A stretch of DNA of 64,000 nucleotides from an uncultured Gammaproteobacteria bacterium (GTDB taxonomy: Bacteria > Patescibacteriota > Microgenomatia > Levybacterales > GWA1-39-11). Location of the stretch: the NCBI GenBank assembly GCA_964504535.1, contig CAZDED010000004.1, positions 44,115 through 108,114 on the forward strand, read 5' to 3'. Shown here in pieces: positions 29,029 through 37,566 of the stretch. The notes beneath the pieces were generated by a model. The model was not told the DNA's origin. It did not search any database and worked only from the letters and a program-made list of their open reading frames with translations. A program made the translations under genes and the position numbers. The stretch's first letter is position 1; every line of letters begins with the position of its first letter.

Positions 29029-30810
29029 ATGTGCTACAATTGGGGCACGATGGATGATGTTGATTTAATAAAAAGAAAAATTGATGTAGCTGATCTTATT
29101 GCCACATATATTCCTATAAAAAGAGCAGGTCGCAATTTCAAAGCAAATTGTCCATTTCATAACGAAAAATCTCCCTCATTTGTTATATCCCCTGAAAGAC
29201 AAATCTGGCACTGTTTTGGTTGCGCAAAGGGTGGAGACATATTCACATTTGTTGAAGAATACGAAAGGATGGATTTTTCAGAAGCTTTAAAATTACTTGC
29301 TGAACGTGCGGATGTAAAGCTTCACAAAACGGTTTTTAAGACAAAACAAGACGAAAAAAAGACACGAATTTATGAGATAAATCATCTTGCTTCACAGTTT
29401 TACCACTATCTGCTTACTGATCATGCCTCTGGAAAAAATGCTCTCAAATATGTCACCGATACAAGAGGGCTAACTGAAGCGCTCATCTCAACCTATGGAG
29501 TGGGATATGCTCCCCGACAAGGAAATGCTCTCTGCAATTATCTTATAAAGAAAAAAGGGTATACGCCTGATGAGTTGATTGAGGCTGGTGTTGCAACAAT
29601 GAGAGGCGGCAGGCTCTACGATTTTTTCCAAAATAGACTCATGTTTCCTATCCAAGACTCTCGGGGAAATATTGTCGCTTTCTCTGGACGAGGACTGACA
29701 GATGATGCGATCCCTAAATACATAAACACTAAAGAGACACCAGTATACATAAAGGGGGACACAGTATTTGGCCTTTTCCAGGCGAAAGACAGTATCAAAA
29801 AAGAAAAAAAGGTTCTTCTTATGGAAGGAGAATTTGATGCGATAACAGCATATAAAGAGGGGATAACAAACGCTATTGCTATCAAAGGGACAGCTCTTAC
29901 GGAAAATCAGGTACGACTTCTGAAAAGATTTGCCCAAAAAATAGTGTTTTGTTTTGATACGGATTCCGCCGGCACTGAGGCTCAACGCCGCTCAATTGCT
30001 CTTATAACTCACGAAGGGATAGGGGCAAGTGTTGTTATTCCTCCGGAAGGCAAAGATGCTGATGAAATACTCAGGGAAAATCCAATACTTTTTAAAAAAG
30101 CGTTGAAAAATGAGATCAATATTTATGATTTTATCCTTCAAAGCTCAGTTCAGACTCAGGATCCTGAATCAGTTGAAGGAAAAGAACATATTCTTTCAAG
30201 ATCTCTTTCTTATATTAGGGATATAGATAATGAAATTGTTAAAGAGCATTACCTCAAAAAACTCGCCGAGCTTCTCAATACTTCTTATGAATCAGTAGTG
30301 AAGGAAGCTGAGAGGACAAAAGCCCCACAGCCAAAAGTTGAGGCTCCCATTCTTTCTGTCAACAAACTTTCTCGCCAAGAAATGCTTGAAAATCATCTCT
30401 TAACTCTTGCGTTGCAGTCAGCACGACCGAAGGAGTCGATTACAATCATTGCCAGCATATTAGAAGCTGTTGAACCCAAAACACCAGCAGTAAGGGAAAT
30501 ATACAGGGTTCTTAAGCAATTCTTTATAACCAATGAGGAGCTCAATGTAGCAGAAATCACTAAATTGTTGCCCGAAGAATTTATCCCAATTTTTGATCTT
30601 TATTTCCTTAACCCGATTCCAAATCTTCCAACTGATGAAAGTTATACTCATGAAATAGAAAAAACGGCAAAGATTCTAAAGCAAGGTCTTATAAAGGAAC
30701 GCCTTCAGGAGCTATCAGAAGAAATGAAAATTGCAGAAAAGAAAGAGGATGAGGAAGGGCTACAGGCTCTTCGGGTTGAGTTCAACACACTAGCTTCAAG
30801 GTTCAAATAA
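29029..30810 (+). CDS. dnaG: DNA primase.
   Basis: CHC2 zinc finger (CPFHNEKSPSF...WHCFGC) and TOPRIM domain (EGEFDAITA, DTD). Confidence 0.9.
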   Translation: MCYNWGTMDDVDLIKRKIDVADLIATYIPIKRAGRNFKANCPFHNEKSPSFVISPERQIWHCFGCAKGGDIFTFVEEYERMDFSEALKLLAERADVKLHKTVFKTKQDEKKTRIYEINHLASQFYHYLLTDHASGKNALKYVTDTRGLTEALISTYGVGYAPRQGNALCNYLIKKKGYTPDELIEAGVATMRGGRLYDFFQNRLMFPIQDSRGNIVAFSGRGLTDDAIPKYINTKETPVYIKGDTVFGLFQAKDSIKKEKKVLLMEGEFDAITAYKEGITNAIAIKGTALTENQVRLLKRFAQKIVFCFDTDSAGTEAQRRSIALITHEGIGASVVIPPEGKDADEILRENPILFKKALKNEINIYDFILQSSVQTQDPESVEGKEHILSRSLSYIRDIDNEIVKEHYLKKLAELLNTSYESVVKEAERTKAPQPKVEAPILSVNKLSRQEMLENHLLTLALQSARPKESITIIASILEAVEPKTPAVREIYRVLKQFFITNEELNVAEITKLLPEEFIPIFDLYFLNPIPNLPTDESYTHEIEKTAKILKQGLIKERLQELSEEMKIAEKKEDEEGLQALRVEFNTLASRFK

Positions 30811-31008
30811 AGTTTAGTTGTCAATTTCCAATTTCCAGTTCTTAGTAAGTTTTCAGTGATTATTGACTCAACATTAACACATTGTAAACTGAGAATTGTG
30901 AATTGAGAACTTGCCTATCCCCTAGCTTCGGTGTATAATAAACTTCATTCTTTCACGTGGTAGCTTTTTCTTCGGGAATTGCTGTTTTCTGCGTAAGAGT
31001 ACAATATT

Positions 31009-32097
31009 ATGCGTGTAGGTGCTGTTAAAAACGAACACATTGAGGAGCTACTAGCCTCAGCAAAGAAAAAAGGGTACATTACCCAAGAAGAAATTCTTCA
31101 GAAATTTCCAAAACCAGAACACTTCCTAGAAGAGCTTGATTATTTATATGATCAACTTCTTAAAAAAGAGATTGATATCTTCGAAACAATAGAGCAGGAA
31201 AAAGAAACCCATAAATCCATTGAAGATCTAGAAAAAGAACTTGAAGCACTCAACCTTATCCAAGGTGGAACAGTGTCAGATCCTGTCCGCATGTACCTGA
31301 AAGAAATAGGTCGCATTCCACTTTTGACATTTGAACAAGAGGTTGATCTTGCTAAAAGACTTGAAGCTGGGGATGAATCAGCTCGTAAAAAACTCGTTGA
31401 ATCAAATCTTCGTCTTGTTGTATCAATTGCTAAAAAATATGTAGGTCGTGGAATGACACTTTTGGATCTTATCCAAGAAGGAAATCAAGGACTTATAAGA
31501 GCAGTTGAGAAATATGACTGGAAGAAAGGATTTAAATTTTCAACATATGCCACATGGTGGATCAGACAAGCTATTACTCGCGCAATTGCAGATCAGGCTC
31601 GTACCATTCGTATTCCGGTTCATATGGTAGAAAATATAAATAGAACCATGCGCGTACAGCGTCGCCTCATGCAAGAAATAGGTCGCCAACCAACTCCTGA
31701 AGAAATTGCTAAAGAGCTAGAGACAGATCCTGAAAAAGTACGGGAAATCCTCAAGATCTCCCAACAACCAGCGTCCCTTGACACTCCAGTGGGAGACGAA
31801 GAGGACTCATACCTAGGAGACTTTATTTATGACACAACAGCTCCAACACTTTTTGATACAGCTTCGCGTGGGTTACTTAAAGAACAATTAAATTCTGTTC
31901 TTGGAACGCTCTCTGACCGCGAGCGTAGAGTACTTGAAGAAAGATTTGGTCTAAAAGACGGAAAACCAAAGACACTTGAGGAGGTTGGACGAATGTTTGC
32001 GGTTACAAGGGAGCGTATCCGACAAATTGAAGCAAAAGCATTAAGAAAATTAAGACATCCGTCTAGAGGAAACAAACTACGCGACTATCTAGAATAG
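31009..32097 (+). CDS. rpoD: RNA polymerase primary sigma factor (sigma-70 family).
   Basis: Region 2 ([29 protein letters not shown]), region 3 and region 4 HTH; directly downstream of dnaG (macromolecular-synthesis operon). Confidence 0.9.
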   Translation: MRVGAVKNEHIEELLASAKKKGYITQEEILQKFPKPEHFLEELDYLYDQLLKKEIDIFETIEQEKETHKSIEDLEKELEALNLIQGGTVSDPVRMYLKEIGRIPLLTFEQEVDLAKRLEAGDESARKKLVESNLRLVVSIAKKYVGRGMTLLDLIQEGNQGLIRAVEKYDWKKGFKFSTYATWWIRQAITRAIADQARTIRIPVHMVENINRTMRVQRRLMQEIGRQPTPEEIAKELETDPEKVREILKISQQPASLDTPVGDEEDSYLGDFIYDTTAPTLFDTASRGLLKEQLNSVLGTLSDRERRVLEERFGLKDGKPKTLEEVGRMFAVTRERIRQIEAKALRKLRHPSRGNKLRDYLE

Positions 32098-32134
32098 ATT
32101 AATTTAGACTATTTGTTGCTTATCCCTTGTTCGT

Positions 32135-32854
32135 ATGTTAACCTTAAATATGGGTTATGCTGGAAAATATGACGACAGGGTTAAGGCTCAAGAGTTAAGA
32201 AAGCAAGGCCTCTCATATAACGAAATTCTTCAACAGATAAAAGTTTCAAAAGATACATTAAGCAGATGGTGTAAGGACATAATTCTCACCAAAAATCAAA
32301 AAGAAAGACTTTTAAAGAATAAGTCTTTTGGCCAAAAAAAGGGTTCACAGATTGCTGCAGACAATAAGAGGTCTAGAAGGGTAATTCATACTTCAGAAAT
32401 CTTCGAAAAATCAAAAAAAGAACTTGGTAATTTAAGTAAAAGAGACAGGTTTATATTTGGGATGGCTCTTTATGCTGGAGAGGGTAACAAATCCGACGGA
32501 AAAGCAGCTTTCGTAAATGCCAATCCACACTACATTCAATTTATGAAAACATGGTTTCAAGAATTTTGCAAAATTACAGACGATGAATTTAGAGGTTCTA
32601 TCTGGCTTCATGAGGGCAATAACGAAATAAAAGCAAAAGAATATTGGTCAAAAATATCAGGGATTCCTCTTTTACAGTTGCATAAAACTTATATCGTAAA
32701 ACGAAAAGAAAATAGTAGAAAGATAAGAAAGAATATTCACGAAAATGGCGTCTTTACAATTAAATTTTATAAGAGTGACACGCAACGAAAAATAATGGGG
32801 TGGATTTCAGCATTTCTAGGTGATAAAATAGCTAGCACTCAAGGAATTGAGTGA
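32135..32854 (+). CDS. Hypothetical DNA-binding protein: N-terminal resolvase-type HTH plus a C-terminal region with a LAGLIDADG-like motif (possible free-standing homing-endonuclease-like protein).
   Basis: HTH LSYNEILQQIKVSKDTLSRWCK; motif FIFGMALYAGEGNKSDG resembles LAGLIDADG (LAGFVDGDG); ends 13 nt upstream of the intron-containing tRNA. Confidence 0.35.
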   Translation: MLTLNMGYAGKYDDRVKAQELRKQGLSYNEILQQIKVSKDTLSRWCKDIILTKNQKERLLKNKSFGQKKGSQIAADNKRSRRVIHTSEIFEKSKKELGNLSKRDRFIFGMALYAGEGNKSDGKAAFVNANPHYIQFMKTWFQEFCKITDDEFRGSIWLHEGNNEIKAKEYWSKISGIPLLQLHKTYIVKRKENSRKIRKNIHENGVFTIKFYKSDTQRKIMGWISAFLGDKIASTQGIE

Positions 32855-32866
32855 ATTGACAACTAA

Positions 32867-33155
32867 TCCGTGATAGCTCAATGGTAGAGCAGGAAGCTGT
32901 ATAGAAATGCAGCTCCCGATAGAAATATCGAGATGAATAACTGGGCTAATTCGGGGAAATCCCAAAAGGACAATCCCGAGCTAAATTCCCAAGCGAAGCT
33001 GAGGACTTGTCCTGAGTCAGCCGAAGGATAAATGTGTAGAGACTATATACCCAGGACCTAATTCGAAAGATATGGTCATAAGATAGTCCAAGCCTTTTAG
33101 TAATAGAAGGGTTCTTGTAACTTCAAGGTTCTAGGTTCGAATCCTAGTCGCGGAG
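32867..33155 (+). tRNA. tRNA-Asn (anticodon GUU inferred), interrupted in the anticodon loop by a group I intron. Exon 1 is 32867..32900 and exon 2 is 33118..33155. No encoded CCA.
   Basis: Acceptor TCCGTGA/TCGCGGA (U1-A72, G73, as in bacterial tRNA-Asn), D-arm GCTC-AATGGTA-GAGC, anticodon stem GGAAG/CTTCA, T-arm CTAGG-TTCGAAT-CCTAG. Loop after splicing is CU-GUU-AA. Confidence 0.7.
32901..33117 (+). ncRNA. Group I self-splicing intron (~217 nt, compact IC3-like tRNA-intron type) inside the tRNA anticodon loop.
   Basis: P1 has exon ...GCUGU paired with intron GCAGC (U·G at the 5' splice site). P element aattcggggaaatccc, Q caatcccgagc, R gtgtagagacta, S aagatagtcc (GACUA/UAGUC P7 pairing). 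Terminal omega-G at 33117. Resembles Azoarcus/Anabaena tRNA introns (GAAGG.GUAGAGACUA). Confidence 0.75.
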
Positions 33156-34643
33156 CACCTTACGTCTTATTATAACGTGTTGATTTGAGTTCAATACGGC
33201 AAATATAGGCGTGTATTTGACCTCAAAAATTTCCTTGTTTTTTATTAAAATCTCCTCAAAAAAGAAGCGTAAATAATGCCTTTTTAAGAAATCTGGAGCC
33301 TGTGTATATGCTTTTTTAATATTTCTCGTAAAATATAGCACCTCTTGTATTAAATTTATGTCAATTTTATTGCCACCTTCGAGCTCATTCATTGACTGTT
33401 GTAGACTATTTAACTGCAATTCTATCTCATCATATTTGCGCTTAAAGGTATCTCGAGAAATAGACCCGTCAATCATCATGTCTTCCAACTTTTCTCTACG
33501 TAACTCGTAAGCCATTCTTTGATTTTGTATTGCTTGTTTCCTCCCGGCTAGTCCCTGTCTATTTCTCTCAACCAATTCTTTCGTCTTTAAAACAACTCTA
33601 TCTATAAACTTTTGCGTAAACTGAATTTTAGATAATTCTTTTTTAACTAATTTTTCCAAATCACCCACTTCTACATACGGAGCAGGACAACCATTTCTTC
33701 CTCTCTTTTGACAGTGATAATATGCTATTTTCCCTTTTTGTTTAGTAAATCTTTTATGCTTATGCCATTCAGCTGTATATCTCTGACCACACTCACCACA
33801 CTGGATAAAACCTCTCAAAAGAAAATTATGAACACGCCTTCTTATGAGAAAGTTCCTATGCTTTGCCAATACATACTGGCATGTATCAAAAAGTTCCTTA
33901 GAAAGTATTGGTTGGTGCTTTCCTATTTTAGCCTCACCATGCCATCTAATAAGACCGTAATAGAAAGGGTTTCTAAGGATTGTGTTTATTACGCTATGAC
34001 TCAAAAGAGCACCGCTCTTAGCCAATACATTTCTTTCACACAGCCAATCCTGTATCTCCATTATCGAATACCCGCCGGTTGCATACAGCTCAAACATCTC
34101 TTTAATTATCGGAAACATATAAGGGTCTGGTTCGCAAGACTTTCTTTCTCCGTCTCCGCCCACACTCCTATAACCTAGCGGTGGAGGTGTTGGCTGCCAA
34201 CCTTCTCTAAATTTCTGCATGAGGGCATCTTTCGTTCTTGCTCCATTTACTTCACTTTCCCATTGAGCGATGCTTGCAAATATATTTGGAATAATGCTAT
34301 TTGTACCTGTAAGGTCTCCTTCGTTCACAGACAATAGTTTTATGTCTCTATTCTTGAAATCTGTATAGAGTTGTGCAAAGTCAGCGACGTTCCTAGCGAA
34401 TCTATCAATCTTATAAATAATAAGTGCTTCAACCGGCTCGTCTTTTAACTGTGCAAGCATTTCCTGAAGCGCAGGTCTAACAGTAGTTCTTGCACTTCTT
34501 CCATCGTCTGTGAATATTCTCTTTACTTCATACCCATTAAGCTTTGCGTAGTTGGTACAAGCCAGTCTCTGATTTTCAACAGAAAAGCCTTCTCTTGCCT
34601 GCTCGTCTGTAGAAACTCGTAGGTAAATGTAACAATTTTTCAT
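33144..34643 (-). mobile_element. Large serine recombinase/integrase (resolvase catalytic domain + recombinase domain + zinc ribbon + coiled coil). Its 3' end overlaps the 3' exon of the tRNA.
   Basis: YIYLRVSTDEQ catalytic Ser motif, IYKIDRFARN, C-terminal CxxC..C zinc-ribbon (CGECGQRY...CQKRGRNGC). The probable start is the internal Met at 34643, since the ORF-track start at 34715 adds an unlikely 24-aa leader. Confidence 0.85.
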
Positions 34644-34698
34644 ATTAGTATTTAGTTCAAATTTAAAATAATGTAAGCCTATAATTATCTTATAGGAA

Positions 34699-35157
34699 TT
34701 AGTTGAGTCGTTCAACCTTGCTTAATCTTAATCCTTTCCTTCTCAAAAAATCGTCAACACTCTCAATGCTATTGGCATCATTTTTATCTTTTCTTTTTAT
34801 ATAAGTATTCTTAGTAGGAAGCTCCCTTCCTTCATTACCTGGAACTTTACTTCCAACCTGATAGGAACTCCCATTCCACTCCCTTTCAAGCTCTTTCGTT
34901 ACAAAATAAGTATTTGGCTTGTTAAAACCTGTGCGCTTTTTGGATAGTATTCCTGCTTTTATCAATTCGTCTATTAAATTTCTTATATGTCTATCTGATA
35001 AGCCCATATTCTGAGCAAGTGTTAATTGACTAGGATAACAATAATCCTTTTTACCAGCGTATTTAAGGAGTATGCAGTATAGAAATCTGGCTTGATAAGT
35101 TAGCTGTGATTCAAGAAAAATGTTGTTATCAATCATTGTAAAGTTCTTTCTTTTCAT
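34699..35157 (-). CDS. Winged-helix DNA-binding protein of the phage/plasmid replisome-organiser (DnaD-N-like / replication initiator) type.
   Basis: FLYCILLKYAG...YPSQLTLAQNMGLSDRHIRNLIDELIKAGIL pattern typical of mobile-element replication/regulatory wHTH proteins. Confidence 0.5.
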   Translation of the reverse strand: MKRKNFTMIDNNIFLESQLTYQARFLYCILLKYAGKKDYCYPSQLTLAQNMGLSDRHIRNLIDELIKAGILSKKRTGFNKPNTYFVTKELEREWNGSSYQVGSKVPGNEGRELPTKNTYIKRKDKNDANSIESVDDFLRRKGLRLSKVERLN

Positions 35158-35340
35158 ATTTATTCTTATTTATTTTTCTGTAAAAACGATTAAGAACGGT
35201 TCTAAGCCATGCTCAATCACAACAATCTCCCTCTTTTCATCTTGAGAAGAACATTTTGAATGAGTGATTTTGTAGTATTCGCCAACCAACTGGTATATTT
35301 TTTTCTTCAACAATGATATTTTCTTTGTTTCTTTCATAAA

Positions 35341-35592
35341 TTAAGAGTAGATGATTTGTTTTAAATCCTTTTGTGCTCCATAAAATCTATGGGGCTCAAC
35401 TTTAGACTTGTGAGAAAGAAAATCTTCTGTTAATTTTTTTCTTTCTTTAGTTTCTTTGAAAACAAAAATAACACGCTTTAGATTTTCTTTATTAGTTGAA
35501 ATCAATTCACAAGATTGAGAGAGTAGAAAGCTTGCTAGAAGGAAAGAATCGGTTGTAAACTTTTTTTGATTATCCATTTTTTTGATTTTCAT
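35341..35592 (-). CDS. Hypothetical small island protein.
   Basis: 83-aa ORF with no recognisable domain. Confidence 0.3.
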   Translation of the reverse strand: MKIKKMDNQKKFTTDSFLLASFLLSQSCELISTNKENLKRVIFVFKETKERKKLTEDFLSHKSKVEPHRFYGAQKDLKQIIYS

Positions 35593-35762
35593 TTTTATTC
35601 TTTTGTGTTTTTATCTCCCGTCTGATTTGGGCAAAAAGTAAGTTAACCCATTGTTCGGCAAACTCATCTATTTTTTTATCCTCATTGTCTCCATTCATAA
35701 TCTATAGCCAGTATGACGTACTGAGTGAGTAATTTGGCTTCAAAATATCAGGGGAGATTAAT

Positions 35763-36545
35763 TCACAAACCGGAGGAAATTGAGATGCTTTTGCTTAAAT
35801 CGCTTATGGTTTTTCTAATATTTGAGTCTGACGGAATAAAATTATCAGGTAAATCATTAATGTTTGCGTAGTTTTTACTTAAAGCGCCAGCTATTTTAGA
35901 GGTGTTATATTCCATGAGTGAAAGAATAATTATCTCTAAATCCCTTTTGATTATTTGTTCTTTTCTAACCCTATTTAGTGGATACTTTTCGAGTTTTTTC
36001 TGAACAGAAGATATCAGAACCCAATTTTTCTCTATGAACTCGATAAGCCCATTCTGAGTTGTATCTTTGTAAAAATTGATGCTTGCTACGCCTTTTGATG
36101 ATGTGTCGATTTCGATTTTCGCTTTATGCTTGAATTCATCTTTAGAAACAATATCTTCCATAGGGCGATAAGGGGCTGAGTCTCCAAAGTATAAGTAATC
36201 ACGCAGAAAATCGATATACCTTTTCGGGTCTAGTTTATATTTTGAACACAAATCCACAACTACATAATGGTCTGAGGTAAATGGTTTGTCGTCATCAAGC
36301 CAATCAATCCATTCGTCGTACTTTCCTTCGTAACTAGTCGTTCTCCACTTTTCAGGAACGTTTAGTTCTTTTCGCAACAAACGAATGTCCTGCCTAAAAT
36401 TACTATCAAGAACTAACCGAAGAATATTTAGAATCATTTCTTGATATTCATAAACCTGGCGTGGAGAACGTGTACTAACCCAATCCAAAAGTGGTGCTAA
36501 ATCTTTAAATAACTCCTTATCTTTGATTTCTTTCTTTATCTTCAT
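35763..36545 (-). CDS. Hypothetical protein (island cargo).
   Basis: 260-aa ORF with no family recognised. Confidence 0.4.
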   Translation of the reverse strand: MKIKKEIKDKELFKDLAPLLDWVSTRSPRQVYEYQEMILNILRLVLDSNFRQDIRLLRKELNVPEKWRTTSYEGKYDEWIDWLDDDKPFTSDHYVVVDLCSKYKLDPKRYIDFLRDYLYFGDSAPYRPMEDIVSKDEFKHKAKIEIDTSSKGVASINFYKDTTQNGLIEFIEKNWVLISSVQKKLEKYPLNRVRKEQIIKRDLEIIILSLMEYNTSKIAGALSKNYANINDLPDNFIPSDSNIRKTISDLSKSISISSGL

Positions 36546-36628
36546 TTTTATAACGTATTATATATTTTGGATTCATAATACAAAGTTATTGTAACAGGAG
36601 AATTATTATTCTGAAGGAGAAGAAACTT

Positions 36629-37135
36629 TTATTGCCACTGCCAAAAACCAAAGCGCTGTTCACAACTTGCAGCTATTTTCATGAGTTTATATTTATAAGG
36701 ATTAAATATTTCGCCTTTATCATTAACAAAATCGCTAAACAAGAATGAAGATGTCTCCCCAGATGGAATAGTATATCTTTGACTTTCAGGATTGTAGGGG
36801 GCTTTGTAATCGCTGTTTAGTGTGAAGTAACATCCCTTCCAGTCCTTGGCTTCTGCATTTGTGACATCAATATGCCCATCTTTAACAGTAACGTCACCAA
36901 CGAGGTCAGAAGTGTCCTTTACCTCCTGTGGAGAGTTTGTGGTCGATTTTGTTGATGTTGAATCAAACAAAACACCGATAAATCCTATAAATAAACAAAT
37001 AACAAAAAAGCCTATTATTGCATGCTTCAGTGAGTAGCCTTTCTTCTTTTTTGTCGGTTGCACTTCATTTCGCACCTGCGAACGATATTCCTCTTCTTCC
37101 CTTATTCTTTTCTTCTCATCTTCTGATAAAGCCAT
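36629..37135 (-). CDS. Hypothetical single-pass membrane protein with an extracytoplasmic domain.
   Basis: N-terminal charged region, TM helix AIIGFFVICLFIGFIGVLF, ~100-aa C-terminal domain. Confidence 0.4.
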   Translation of the reverse strand: MALSEDEKKRIREEEEYRSQVRNEVQPTKKKKGYSLKHAIIGFFVICLFIGFIGVLFDSTSTKSTTNSPQEVKDTSDLVGDVTVKDGHIDVTNAEAKDWKGCYFTLNSDYKAPYNPESQRYTIPSGETSSFLFSDFVNDKGEIFNPYKYKLMKIAASCEQRFGFWQWQ

Positions 37136-37237
37136 ATATATCTAAAGTATAAATATATCTGAGCATATTGCAAGCACAAAATATGGCATTCGTACCATAG
37201 TTCTAAACATGGCATAAAAGCCATACTAGGCATTAGC

Positions 37238-37444
37238 ATGGCGACTATTTATAAAAAGGTTGGAAATAATATTCGCAAACTTCGTAAGCGAGCTGGACTA
37301 TCACAGGAAGACGTTTCATCTAAAGCAAAAATAGACCTTACCACTGTAAACGAGATAGAAGGTGGACTACGAAATCCATCGCTAAAAACATTACACAAAA
37401 TATCTAACGCATTAAAAGCAGACCTCAAGGAGCTATTTAACTAG
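37238..37444 (+). CDS. XRE-family (Cro/C1-type) HTH transcriptional regulator.
   Basis: IRKLRKRAGLSQEDVSSKAKIDLTTVNEIEGG canonical HTH_3. Confidence 0.8.
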   Translation: MATIYKKVGNNIRKLRKRAGLSQEDVSSKAKIDLTTVNEIEGGLRNPSLKTLHKISNALKADLKELFN

Positions 37445-37566
37445 TTCGGCTTTTTTTCAAAATTCCATCGAAGTTGTCATAGCCTCACGGTTGCTTCAAC
37501 AATAAACCCAAGTCCGATGACTTTTATTCACTATTAATCCTTACTATTCTTATTCTAGGTATACAT

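Noticed and set aside
30811-31008. Possible sigma-70 promoters (TTGACT...TAAACT; TGTATAAT) in the dnaG-rpoD intergenic region.
   Set aside because: Plausible by eye, but spacing is ambiguous and several alternatives exist, so they are not reported as features without transcript data.
33144-34715. Full 523-aa ORF as the integrase, including the MNDSTNSYKIIIGLHYFKFELNTN leader.
   Set aside because: The leader has no counterpart in serine recombinases and lies in AT-rich promoter-like sequence; trimmed to the Met preceding YIYLRVSTDEQ.
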